DNA of 63,223 nt, the filler included, from Craspedostauros australis (Eukaryota): the NCBI GenBank assembly GCA_030167865.1. It is 10 parts of 10 records of this genome, joined end to end, with 100 filler letters (N's around TTAATTAATTAA, not from the genome) between each part and the next. Parts side by side here need not be neighbours in the genome. Positions count along the whole stretch, not along the records: positions 1 to 26,060 come from JALAGF010001378.1; 9 more parts are not named here. One strand, written 5' to 3'. Both the position numbers and the translations under genes were made by a program. Each line of letters opens with the position of its first letter. Position 1 is the first letter of the stretch. A model generated the notes under the pieces. It was given only the letters and a program-made list of their open reading frames with translations. It was not told where the DNA came from and made no database searches. Shown here one piece after another: positions 1 to 10,882 of this stretch.

Positions 1-1066
1 GGCGATGTCGGTTGGGGTAGAGAAAAGCTGGTGCTGCACCTGTTGTTGGTGTTGCATCTGTTGCTGTTGCCATGGTCGCAGTCGAGTTGCTATGTCCTCC
101 TCATGACGTCATGATGACGCGAACAACGGAATTTAATTTTCAGACATGCTTCCGAGTGCGGATCCGAGTGGTCAAATATCATTCCGATCTCCATGGGAGC
201 ACTAAACGCAAGCATACCTCCATACCATCGCACTCAAACACAATATAGACCATATGGTTGTGACCGCCTCGGAGAGAGGATTCTTAAATGATATCTATTG
301 TACAGATTGAGCCAAANNNNNNNNNNNNNNGAGACTTCAAAGATGGAGAGTCGAATTTCTCGAACAAAAGAGGCATGATCCTACCGGACTCCTGTAGAAT
401 TCTACGTGTAACCAACTGTAACCAATGAGATCAAAAAAATTCCAGTCTGTCCGTCGTCCGATGGAAAAAACACACCAAGGGGGTCAACAAACAGATAAAG
501 ATCGACAAGATGGTAGTAACAACAAGATAATGTTATTGCTTTCCTGGATAGCCCTGAGTCTTAAGTTTAGATAGATGCAAAGAGATGTTCGATTGAGTGT
601 CTATAACTTTAAGTCTGAGATCGGGAAAATTGGATCCAAAATCTGTAACCAATTGTAACCAATTTTTGGGGTCCGGCTCTTTGAGGCACTACGGCTTCAC
701 ATTCGACATGATCTGTCAACAATACCCAAAACATGGTATACTGTTTGCTTGTGGAAAGGCACGTTCCAGAAATGAGAACTCCACTTCAACAAAACTGTTC
801 GCGTTCGACAAACCAAAGAGGAACGCGAACCAAAACGAAGGAACATGCGCTTCACAACTCTGTTCTGTCGCATCGACGCTTCAAGGTAGCAGCACAACAA
901 GCCAAACCAAACCAGAGCAAACCAATGCATTCGCGTACAGCTCAGCTTCACAATCGAAACACAAGAAACGCAACAGGTGCTTGTACCATACCACACAACC
1001 GAGCACTTCCTCTTCCCTCCTTCCCCTTTGCTTCATCCTCCATTCGTCAATCAGTCAATCACCACG

Positions 1067-2251
1067 ATGTCCTTTCGCAGAGCCTTTGACAGAAGCTTCA
1101 ACGATGGCCTTGTTGCCACCGATGCCAAAGCTCCGGGCAAAGGTGAACCAGCGGCTCCCTTGCTTGCCATCGGAACTCTGCAGTGGGGAACCACGTGGTT
1201 CGACGAGAATGTGATCAACAAGCGCGGTGGTTGCATGACGGAAACCACCTCGCGCGAGATCTTTCAAGGCGCCACCAAGGCCGGTGTTCAGCTTTGGGAT
1301 ACTGCCGAAGGATACGGCGGTGGTACTTCCGAAAAACGGTTGGGACGTCTGCTGCAGGAGCAGAAGAAGCTGTCGCAAAATGGCAAGGGGGCAAGTCACG
1401 AAGGCAGCACTGAAAACGCCACTGACAACAACAGCAATATCATCATCATGACCAAGTTCCTGCCCGCAGCATGGCGGTACTCGCATGGGTGCTTTGAGAG
1501 TGCCGTGCGGGGATCCTGCAAGCGCCTTGGCGTTGATTGCATTCCAGTGTACCTCCTGCACTCGCCGATGCACTGGCGCCCGTTGGAGTTTTGGGTGGAG
1601 GCCGCCGCCATCTGCAAGCGCAAGGGCCTCATCGAAGCCCTCGGTCTGTCCAACTGCAACGCCGATCAGGTGGAGCGCGCCGTGAAGGCTGGCAAGGAGT
1701 TCGGGGTGGACGTGGTGGTCAACCAAGTGCACTACTCCTTGCTGAGCTACGGATCAGAATCATTGACGAAGATGCAAGAGGCCTGCGTAAAGAACAATGT
1801 CGCCATCGTGGGTTTCTCAACCATCGGTCAGGGCCTGCTGACGGACAAGCTGACGACGGAATCATTCGAGGGCAACCGCCCCGCCAAGATGATGCACATC
1901 GGGTGGGACGAACTGAGCCCGCTCCGCGCCACGTTGAAGATCATCGCGGACAAGCACGACGTGACGATGGCACGCGTTGCGCTGAAGTGGTGCATACAAC
2001 ACAACGTGATCCCACTCGTGGGATGCCGCAAGCCATCGCAGCTGGAGGACAGCCTGGGTTGCCTGAGCGACACCTGGGAGATCTCTGACGCAGACATGAA
2101 GGCATTGGATGAGGCTGCCTTGAACCGATCCACCTTCGACGGCCCCAAATGGCGCCGTTCCTTCTTCGTGACGTTGTTCGGAGTAGTCATGGTGGTGTGC
2201 CGCACGATGGACTTCCTTGGTTTCGGAATGGTGAAGACTGCCTCCATGTGA
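1067..2251 (+). CDS. Aldo-keto reductase (pyridoxal reductase/At1g06690-like subgroup)
   Basis: Motifs IGTLQWG, WDTAEGYG (Asp/Tyr), MTKF (Lys), LLHSP (His), GLSNC, NQVHYSLL, IPLVG. First ATG at 1067. Hydrophobic C-terminal segment SFFVTLFGVVMVVC. Confidence 0.9.
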   Translation: MSFRRAFDRSFNDGLVATDAKAPGKGEPAAPLLAIGTLQWGTTWFDENVINKRGGCMTETTSREIFQGATKAGVQLWDTAEGYGGGTSEKRLGRLLQEQKKLSQNGKGASHEGSTENATDNNSNIIIMTKFLPAAWRYSHGCFESAVRGSCKRLGVDCIPVYLLHSPMHWRPLEFWVEAAAICKRKGLIEALGLSNCNADQVERAVKAGKEFGVDVVVNQVHYSLLSYGSESLTKMQEACVKNNVAIVGFSTIGQGLLTDKLTTESFEGNRPAKMMHIGWDELSPLRATLKIIADKHDVTMARVALKWCIQHNVIPLVGCRKPSQLEDSLGCLSDTWEISDADMKALDEAALNRSTFDGPKWRRSFFVTLFGVVMVVCRTMDFLGFGMVKTASM

Positions 2252-2294
2252 TACAACGGCAGGTGCATGGGATGCAACTACTCCACTTCACTCT

Positions 2295-2328
2295 GATTTA
2301 CTTTACTTTACTTTACTTTACTTTACTT
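2295..2328. repeat. (CTTTA)n microsatellite
   Basis: ctttactttactttacttta... seen directly downstream of the AKR stop. Confidence 0.85.
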
Positions 2329-3108
2329 CACGATTTCCTGCTCGCACGAGTGCGGATATCAGCACGGGCAGACACAGGAACATGATGATAACAGAGGCAC
2401 GCAATCAGCAAGCGTGAATGCAATGCGTGCTCCTCCGAGTATCGCGATACAGCCATTCCGGCAGCCACAATCACAGTTACAACAGCATACTCTGAACGAA
2501 TCTATTCTATTCTATTGAAGCCGCAAGCATTGTTCTTTTGGTGGGCTCCATTCGAGCATCACTGGGTGATCGATGGTTTTGGATGGGGGGTTGGCGACTG
2601 CTGGCGACTGTTGGCGGCCGCAAACAAGGTCTTGTCTCGGAGTTTCTTGCCTGGGCTACCATGACCGAATTGAAGCGAGATCGAAGGAGATCCACGATCC
2701 GTGTTTCAACCAATGGGATCTTGTTCGGAAGGAGTCTTCGTCGTGACGTCACCAGTCCAACAGTTCGTTCGGCGGAGAACAGATGCCACGAAGGTGTCAA
2801 GGGGAAGAATCAACAACAACCACAACAACACGAGAAACGAAGACACGTGATGAACATGGGCGAAACAAAAGCAACATCGCGAACAATCCTCGCGCTTCGC
2901 CGCCGTGAGAGAGAGGAATGACAACAACAAGACACCATCGCTGTCATTGTCTTGATTGCAAACATCAACACCACAAGCAAATGACGCAACAGATCAAACG
3001 TGGCGCCTTTGGGGACGAAGCGTTGATGTGACATAATATTATATAGAATAATACAATACATGTTTACTCCAAAACATTTGAAAGCAGATTGGAAAGCAGA
3101 GTTGAAAG

Positions 3109-4959
3109 ATGAAGATGATGAATGAAAAGGAGGAGACGGGGCACCGAGGCTCCTCCACACGTGTTAGTGCGAGTATGGCAGCAGGAATGCCATACTCGTG
3201 GATGGTGATTGGTGCAGCGCTCGTGGGATGCTGTGACACAAGGATCGCAGGTGTGGATGCTTTCGCACGAACAGCGAAGCCGCTGTCACTTTCACCGATG
3301 CAGCGACAGCGGCAGCGACAGCAACAGGCTCCACCAAAGCAGGCTCAATTCGCCGCCACCGCCTCATCGTCGATCGCAGAAGCGATGAGAGAGTCAACAG
3401 CAGCGACGACAGCGACGACGGTGCCACCAATCTCCAACAGGCATCTGAGATGGCAGAAGAACGACGATGAATGGAAGATGCAAACAGCTGTCACGACCTT
3501 CGAGCGGATCGTGGATGATCGCAAAGAGACGGTGAAGCTCATTGCCCAGCTGCATTTCGGCAGCAAGGATTACTTCGAGGGTATCACGGCCTCCATCCAA
3601 GACATGGATTCCGTCCATTATGAACTGCTCGTCGATGACTCCTTGCTGGACCAGAGCGATCCACAGCAGCCATGGAAGAGGCATCTCAAAGAGCCCATCA
3701 TGGCATCGACAAACGACCAGAACCTTGCCGCGAACTACGGTTGGGAATGCCAGGTCAATGTCATGGACTACGCGCAGCAGTCGCAATCGCAGTCTCAAAC
3801 ATCTATGCGCCCGAGTGTTCGGTCCAGTGGCAACATCTTTGACAGGATGCTTCGAAATGATGGAGTTGATCAACCGGAATGGATCCATGCCGATTTTACG
3901 AGGCAGGAGTTCTTGGAACTTGTCAATGAGCAGCAACAACAACAACAACAGCAGCAGCACAACTCGGGCACAAGCAGCGACGGAAATGAAAACGACAACA
4001 GTCAGGTTCGACAGCGTCAGGGACAACCGCTTTGGGCACTGGTGTCTCCGTCATCACAGGTGGCCGAAGCTGTGTCTGCCTTGGTCAGCGGGCCTCCGAC
4101 GCTCACTCTCAACCGCAAATCATCTCTCAGACGGCGGCTGTTCTCCAATCTGTTCCTGTCCGGGCACACCTTTACCAGCCAGTTGCGTTCGGTGCTCTGG
4201 TTCACCCTGCCTTCACCGGAGCTCTTCATCCTCCTACTGGACTACTCGAGCCTCTTCTGGACGAAACGGCAGAAGAAGCAGACCAGCATCCATACCTTCA
4301 CGGGCATTTCTGATGTGGTTGAACCTATCTGGAACAACGTCTGCTCCTTCCAGCTCACCAACATACGGCGCTTAATCTTCGGACAGACATTGCTCGCTGC
4401 ATCCGCCAACGACGACAACGATCTTCTCATCCGAAAGCGCAACGAGCATGCGCTGGAGATCATGCAGCGTACATTGCTGTTCAGCGACGAGCGAAGCAGT
4501 CGGGACAAGACGTCCTACAACACGGCCGTCTTGTACGGCAGCAGCCACTGTCCAAACCTGCAAGATGAATTGCTTGGAATGGGATTCCAGCCAACCTCGC
4601 AGGAATGGAAGACTGCGTGGGCTGTATCCACGGCAAGCGTCAGCAACCAAGACGCTGCCGTTGCCGTCGCTGACAACAACAACAACAACAACAACAACGG
4701 CATAGACCTCAATATCAATACGAATACGAATGCCATGAACAGCATCTACCTCATCCTGTTCGCCTCCGGCTATCTTGGCATCGGCGCGTTGGATTGGGTG
4801 GACATGTTCCACGGCACCATCCTGGCTCAAGAACAAGGCCAAGCCGACGGCATTTCATCTTTTCTCGACATTGCCGGCATTGGCGGGCTCTACTTGATCC
4901 GTCATGTGGCGCTCTACCTTGGTCTGAGCAAGTTTTTGATGAATTGGGAATACAAATGA
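3109..4959 (+). CDS. TraB/PrgY/GumN-like protein, probably plastid-targeted, with C-terminal TM segments
   Basis: 616-aa ORF. Hydrophobic leader ending VDA-FAR. Motifs VKLIAQLHFG..Y, VHYEL, LLIRKRNE, VLYGSSHC resemble TraB-family G..H / E / RN / YG..H. The start Met is uncertain (3109-3187). Confidence 0.6.
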   Translation: MKMMNEKEETGHRGSSTRVSASMAAGMPYSWMVIGAALVGCCDTRIAGVDAFARTAKPLSLSPMQRQRQRQQQAPPKQAQFAATASSSIAEAMRESTAATTATTVPPISNRHLRWQKNDDEWKMQTAVTTFERIVDDRKETVKLIAQLHFGSKDYFEGITASIQDMDSVHYELLVDDSLLDQSDPQQPWKRHLKEPIMASTNDQNLAANYGWECQVNVMDYAQQSQSQSQTSMRPSVRSSGNIFDRMLRNDGVDQPEWIHADFTRQEFLELVNEQQQQQQQQQHNSGTSSDGNENDNSQVRQRQGQPLWALVSPSSQVAEAVSALVSGPPTLTLNRKSSLRRRLFSNLFLSGHTFTSQLRSVLWFTLPSPELFILLLDYSSLFWTKRQKKQTSIHTFTGISDVVEPIWNNVCSFQLTNIRRLIFGQTLLAASANDDNDLLIRKRNEHALEIMQRTLLFSDERSSRDKTSYNTAVLYGSSHCPNLQDELLGMGFQPTSQEWKTAWAVSTASVSNQDAAVAVADNNNNNNNNGIDLNINTNTNAMNSIYLILFASGYLGIGALDWVDMFHGTILAQEQGQADGISSFLDIAGIGGLYLIRHVALYLGLSKFLMNWEYK

Positions 4960-5185
4960 GTGAACAGATACCTGGATACGACACCATACATTACATGAGC
5001 ACCATACGAGTGAGTACGTATAATACATCATAGAAAGATCAAGTTACAAAATCACAAGTACAATCGTCATGACTACGCAACTTAACTCTCTGGTCTGCCA
5101 GCTGTGTGCGAAGAGAGTGCTTGCGTCTATTCCACAGTCTCATTATTGCTATGCTATTTTCCAGATTCATTCATCATTCACTCAT

Positions 5186-6778
5186 TCATTCGCCGTGCTC
5201 GTCATCATCATCGATACAGGATCCTTCGTTGTCACCGTAATCATGGATAACTTTGAGCTTGACGGGATGATGCTGAGCTCCTGCCATACCACCATAATTG
5301 CTGTGGGCTTCGGTCTCGAAAGTATCTCGCAGGATCTCCACAACACGTGATTGCAACTTTTCCACCACAGCCTTGGGCGTGAACCCATCGTCCGTGGACC
5401 GTGCGATGGTCACCATCAATGGGAGGTCGGTGACTGTTGCCGTGGACTCCTTCAGATACTGCTGCACGCTGAGGAGTTCTTGGTCGATGTTCTGCGTGCT
5501 CCATGGCGCGTGCGGCATGTGCCAAAAGGGAATGGCATCGATCGCTGCTTGAATGTGCTTGGACTTGTATGGGGCTTTTTGTATCAACGAGCGGATGGAT
5601 GCTTGTGCGGCGATGCGGCCACTCCTGCCATTCTCATTGTCATCATCTTTATCGTCGTCGCCATCGTAAAATGTAAGCAAGCGTTGGAGGGAGGAATGCA
5701 TTTCCCTGTCATCAGAAGGTGTCGCACTCAGCCGTTGCAACAGTTCTTTGAGAATGGCAGAAAACGATGCTCGATCTGAGAAGTGATTCTGCGTCGTGCT
5801 ATGTCTGTGCTTCATAAAGTTGGCTGCCTGGATGATGTCGTCCAGAACCTTGTAGAGCGGCGCGTCCATGATGTCAACCAAGAATGGATTGCAGCATGCA
5901 AAGTAATCAAGGCATACATCCAGCACCCACGGATCGCTTGTCGCATTCCGCTTGATTTCACATGGTTTGGCAGCGGAGGTTCCATTCGGTGTTGCAATCT
6001 GTGCGACCTGCAACTCCAACAACTTCGGGAACAGAAGGCCGCCGCCGCTTCTATCATTGTCGTTGTTGTCGCCAGTGTCACTTATGGGCAGACAAGACCC
6101 ATCCTCCATGTAGTACGGGTGGCGCCAATCAACCATGATCCGGGCCTGCGGAGAGAGGTCAAAGATGGTGGCCTCTTCCTCCATTCCAGCTTTGATGCGC
6201 TCGTGCAAGTTTTCATCCTGTACTCCGACGTTGTACTGATGCACGCCCATGGGCAGCTGGTTGGAAAACGATGGCTTGACCCATTGGATCGTGCGCAATC
6301 CGCTGCTCAAGACCAACGGGAGGATCCATTCCGATATGCCGCTTGCTGTCGTGTCAAGCAGGTCATAGAGATCCTTGCTTGCAGAGGAATCTTCCTTCAT
6401 GATTGAGCTCCGGGCACCCTTTGCGTCGCATTCTGACGCATTTGGCTGTCCATGGTCTGCCGCAGATGGTGACTTCTCATGGATGGTCGGGGTGTTCCAC
6501 AGATGCACCTGCCTGGGAAGGTACGACGCCATCGCAGGGATATGCTGGGGAGCAGCCAGATCCGGGTGTGCATCAAAGTGCAGCATGTTCCATTGGCGAC
6601 CGACGACCTTGGACCTTCTCAGAATCTGATGAATGTGCTCCAAAGCATGCTGATGTTGCTCCACCACGACAACAAACAGCGTCCGTGCTTTCCTACGTGC
6701 GTCGCTAGTGTTGTTGCTGTTGTTGCCGTTGCTGTTGGCGGCGGCGGCGGCGGCGAGACCACCAATGTCTTCCTTCAT
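5186..6778 (-). CDS. UPF0489 family protein (C5orf22 homolog)
   Basis: Motifs VVEQHQHAL, MLHFDAHPDL, ISEWILP, WVLDVCLDYFACCNPF, VTIARSTDDGFTP. First ATG at 6778 (the ORF is open to 6928). Confidence 0.85.
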   Translation of the reverse strand: MKEDIGGLAAAAAANSNGNNSNNTSDARRKARTLFVVVVEQHQHALEHIHQILRRSKVVGRQWNMLHFDAHPDLAAPQHIPAMASYLPRQVHLWNTPTIHEKSPSAADHGQPNASECDAKGARSSIMKEDSSASKDLYDLLDTTASGISEWILPLVLSSGLRTIQWVKPSFSNQLPMGVHQYNVGVQDENLHERIKAGMEEEATIFDLSPQARIMVDWRHPYYMEDGSCLPISDTGDNNDNDRSGGGLLFPKLLELQVAQIATPNGTSAAKPCEIKRNATSDPWVLDVCLDYFACCNPFLVDIMDAPLYKVLDDIIQAANFMKHRHSTTQNHFSDRASFSAILKELLQRLSATPSDDREMHSSLQRLLTFYDGDDDKDDDNENGRSGRIAAQASIRSLIQKAPYKSKHIQAAIDAIPFWHMPHAPWSTQNIDQELLSVQQYLKESTATVTDLPLMVTIARSTDDGFTPKAVVEKLQSRVVEILRDTFETEAHSNYGGMAGAQHHPVKLKVIHDYGDNEGSCIDDDDEHGE

Positions 6779-7239
6779 GTCATCTGGCAACCATGTGCAT
6801 GTACTTCTGATGTCTCTGGAGAGAGGGAGAGGGATAGAGTTCCTTTGGTCGATGCTGCTTTGGTCTGCTCTGCTTTGTGCTCGCAGGCATGAGCACCAAC
6901 AACAACAAATGAGGTTTGATGCCACCAATGTTCACTGATGGCGCAAACACGTACATAGCTCTCCAGAAAAAACACTTGCCAAGAAACTCGGATTATTTTG
7001 TGTTCTTCATCGTCGAATGTAAATTATCAAAGTTGTAGTTCCAGGCGCAAACACAAACACGAAACAAGAACAACACGACACAAGAAGAAAAGACACAACA
7101 AGACGCAGACCTCCCTTGGAGACTCTCGCAGCCGCAAACTTGGAGCAACCGAAGTGGAGCAAGGCAGAGCGTGAGCAACAGACCAAGAGCACAGAAGGAG
7201 ACGAAGAAGGCAACGGGCACAATCAAAAGATAATAAGAA

Positions 7240-7748
7240 ATGGGATTGTCACTTTGGAATCTCTTGAAGGTGTGTCGCAGACAAACTGGATTGGACACAC
7301 GCACACGAGAGCATGAAGCATGTCGCGAAACATGTTGTGGAGCAGGTGGAGAAATAATGACAGCGCTGGTCATTGGCAGGCAGGCATCGCAACGCTCGTC
7401 CCCTTCGGTCTTCATTGCTGACACCGTTGCTCTTGTTCCATGTCGACAATCATGCCTGATTATCTCTCACTCTCTTCCTGTTTCATCTCTCTGCTTGAAA
7501 CAAAACGATGTCTTTTGCGCAACGACGCAACGACACAGGCAAGCCTGCTGCTGGCCAACGCCGCCATGATCCTGAACCGGAAACGGTTTCTCGCACAATA
7601 CGGGCTGGATGACATCACGAATGGTGACACGAGCAACCCGCTGAAGGTTCAGCTGACGGGAATGCTGCACGCGATGCAATATCTCAAAGTACCCGTCATC
7701 GCACTGAATGCATTCACGATTGTGTTCGAGATCATACTCGGATCGTGA
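7240..7748 (+). CDS. YOS1: Yos1/IER3IP1 ER-Golgi transport membrane protein (2 exons)
   Basis: Exon 1 7240-7269 (MGLSLWNLLK), GT-AG intron 7270-7538, exon 2 7539-7748 (ASLLLANAAMILNRKRFL...LKVQL...VPVIALNAFTIVFEIILGS). Matches the Yos1 pattern and size. Confidence 0.88.
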
Positions 7749-8579
7749 GCGCGCCTGCGACGGCCATCGGTTTTTACGTGGTATGGTAGATTGCCTTGGC
7801 CATCACATTGCTCATTTCGGGGGAGATAGTCTGAAGATGGGAGTTGCAGTGGCATTCGCAAGATTTCTGAATGATCAATGGCGAGCGACACGACAAAGGC
7901 TGGGATGCTTGGAACGATACAGCAACGAAAGCAAACACATCACATGAATAGACATTGTACATTACTATTATTTCAACCCTTGCTCCTAGATGCAATCATG
8001 GTGGAGTGCATGGGGGGAAGCATCATCAACGTTTCAGTCGAGTGTCCTTGGACTGGTGTCGGAGACCAAGACAGCATCCGAGAGAACGAACGCAACTGTC
8101 CACCTCTAGTTTCGATTCGTAGAAAGCACCGCGACATTTCTGGATTGACCAAGCCGACCAAGATGAGTGACGAACGAAGAAAGGAACAAGAAGACATGAC
8201 GCAGAGCAACACAAACGTCCACCCATCATCACCACCACCTTTGCAGTTCTGCGCCATCTCAGACACAGGATCGTCATCGCCATCTTCGTTGTCATCTCTC
8301 TGCGATCGTCAGAATCTTTTCTGCGCCGAAGATACATCACTCGATAACCTCCGCCATCGGCCTGTCTTTGTTTCGGCAGCTCATCTCCCGTTCGGTGTTT
8401 AATTTTAGACTCGAACTTTGTTCCATCCGCAACGTCCGAGACATCCAGCACATCCACTCTTTCGTTGCAGTTGCGCATCGTGACTACAGAATATCCACAG
8501 CGCACGTACACATCCACAGTGCACGTACACATCCATACCCGCACCCACCCAACCACCCACGCAAGAGGTCAAGAGTATC

Positions 8580-10553
8580 ATGAAGCTGGACGCATCCGCT
8601 GCCGCGCTGGTCGTGGCATGCGCCGCCTTGTGCGCAGTCGAGACGTTGGCCTTCGTGCCTCAGAAGTTCATGCCTGCCTCGGGACGACGTGGCGTGTCAT
8701 CATCGCCATTGATCGGAACATCCACAACCATTGCATCCACCGAGACATCGAGCTCCGATGTCGCGGCAGGATCGGCAAAGGGCAGCCCGGTGGATTACGC
8801 CGCATACTCCAATGGATTCAAAACGGTGTTTGATGAAATCACGGCGAAGCAGTGCGCCCCGACGTTGGGCGAGATCCCTGCCGACATGGCACCCGGCACG
8901 TACTACCGCGTGGGACCTGCCATGTTCAGCGCCGGATCCATCGTCCCACCCAAGACCTCGATCATCCAACCGCGCGATGGACCACCGGTGCCGGACGGTC
9001 AGAATCAGAAGCGAATGGTCGCGCATCCTTTCGAGGGTGACGGCGGCATGCTCGCTGTCACCTTCCAGGGCAAGGAGCAATCGGAAGAGGTCACGACGCG
9101 TTTCCGATACGTGCGGACGTTGCCCTTCACCAACGAACGTCGCAAGGGACAGCGTCTCTACCGCTCCATGGATTCCACCAGAGAGCTGGGATCCGCCATC
9201 GGCGAAGGGCTGGGAAATGACCTCCACATGCCATTGTTCCGCCATCACTTGCAAACGGGTCTCAACAAGAACCGAAAGAACACATCCAACACCAGGGCCA
9301 TCTACTGGGGCAAGAGGTTGCTGTCCATGTGGGAAGGCGGCCAGCCAGTCAAGATGGACGCCTTGGCCTTGTCGACCGAAGGGCGTTCGCAGCTTGGCGG
9401 TGTGCTCAAGGAACCGGATTCCTTCGGCTGCCGCATGTGCGTCGATCCTGACAAAAAGCGTGCCGTGTTCTACGGCGTTGCGCAGTCGGCCGTGTCGTCG
9501 GAGATCACGACGTACGAATTCGATGAATCCTTCCGTCTCATCGAAGAGGGGGATGGCAAGGTGCAGCAGGACGTGCCCGGATTTGCCATCATCACGGACA
9601 TGGCGCTGACTGCAAACTACGCCGTCTTCGTCCAACCTGCAGCATCGACGAGCATGCAATTCCTGTTCAACAAAGAGCCGGGCAAGGTGCTCACCATCGA
9701 GAAAGAACCGGCTACCCTTCATCTCGTGCCACGCATCGGGAGCAAGAAGGAACCGCAGGCTTTGTCCATCCCATTCGATGGCGTCGTCGAGGCCAACATG
9801 CAGCTCATCAACGCGTACGAAGACGGCGATAACATCATCTTGGATGCCATTCGTTGCGACGGAACCAAAAAGCCGCAAGGCAACAGCGACAAGCCCATCC
9901 AATGGCCATGGGCGTCCACGGAGGCCGAGTACCAGTCCTACTCCTCCCAGCGATCCATGTGGCGATACACCATCAACAGCAAGACAGGATCCGTGGAGAA
10001 AAAGCAGATACTCGACACGCAGTGCTTCTTCGGCACAGTTCATCCAAATCAGAGCACCAAGGCCCACAAGCATGTTTACATCGCACTGGGCAGCCAAGGT
10101 GACGGCATCGCGCCGCCGCAAGGAATCGGGCGCCTGGATTGCGACACGAACGCGCTGGATTCCTGGATGCCGGAATCGTACCAATTTTGCGGTGAACCCA
10201 TGTTTGCGGAGAAGACGGACAGCAGCGACGAGAATGATGGCTACATCCTCACTGTCCTCTTCGATGGCAAGCAGGAACAGAGCGAGATGCTCATCTTTGA
10301 ATCGCTCGACATCGCGAAGGGACCCATCACTCGCATTCCGTTGGGCATTGGCATACCGCATGGTCTGCATGGAATTTGGACCACTTCCAAGGAAGCGCAG
10401 TGGGATGGCGAAGAAATCATGAGACGGGCCAAGCTGGCCGACAAGATGGAAAGCCGCGGTAATATGTGGAACGAGGTCAAGAGTGACTTTTCTGGTTTGG
10501 GTCTGCGATTCGACGACATGGAGGAGTACTTTGGTGATTCCTTCCTGTCCTAG
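8580..10553 (+). CDS. Carotenoid cleavage oxygenase (RPE65/CCD)-fold protein, plastid-targeted, with degenerate Fe ligands
   Basis: Signal peptide ending TLA-FVP. Motifs GTYYRVGP, HPFEGDG, KNTSNT, WEGGQP, GEPMF, DGYIL, PHGLHG. Confidence 0.88.
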   Translation: MKLDASAAALVVACAALCAVETLAFVPQKFMPASGRRGVSSSPLIGTSTTIASTETSSSDVAAGSAKGSPVDYAAYSNGFKTVFDEITAKQCAPTLGEIPADMAPGTYYRVGPAMFSAGSIVPPKTSIIQPRDGPPVPDGQNQKRMVAHPFEGDGGMLAVTFQGKEQSEEVTTRFRYVRTLPFTNERRKGQRLYRSMDSTRELGSAIGEGLGNDLHMPLFRHHLQTGLNKNRKNTSNTRAIYWGKRLLSMWEGGQPVKMDALALSTEGRSQLGGVLKEPDSFGCRMCVDPDKKRAVFYGVAQSAVSSEITTYEFDESFRLIEEGDGKVQQDVPGFAIITDMALTANYAVFVQPAASTSMQFLFNKEPGKVLTIEKEPATLHLVPRIGSKKEPQALSIPFDGVVEANMQLINAYEDGDNIILDAIRCDGTKKPQGNSDKPIQWPWASTEAEYQSYSSQRSMWRYTINSKTGSVEKKQILDTQCFFGTVHPNQSTKAHKHVYIALGSQGDGIAPPQGIGRLDCDTNALDSWMPESYQFCGEPMFAEKTDSSDENDGYILTVLFDGKQEQSEMLIFESLDIAKGPITRIPLGIGIPHGLHGIWTTSKEAQWDGEEIMRRAKLADKMESRGNMWNEVKSDFSGLGLRFDDMEEYFGDSFLS

Positions 10554-10882
10554 AGAGGCATGTGGCGGAGTACATATACCAAGCGATACTGTACGTACTA
10601 ATACGAGCACGGTAGAGTGCCATCAAGCTACCTAGTATTTGCGCAAAAGCCATAACATGAAAACGACATATGTATTGATTCGACTCACAAGTTCACATGG
10701 CGCAGGCATTTGTGCGAGTAGATTGGCGTTTCCCGTGGTGACCATACTTGTACGCTCCTCTGAGTTGATAATAGGTGATAATACTATGTGTCGGGTCCAC
10801 TTTCTCGTTCTCTAGACATCATACCTCTTACTAGTATGCACGGATACTACCCGTACACTTCTCGTACACTCTCTGCACACCA

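Noticed and set aside
8700..10610. 636-aa antisense ORF, and similar ones at 12869-14266 and 18602-19624
   Set aside because: Shadows of codon-biased real genes on the opposite strand; no recognisable motifs.
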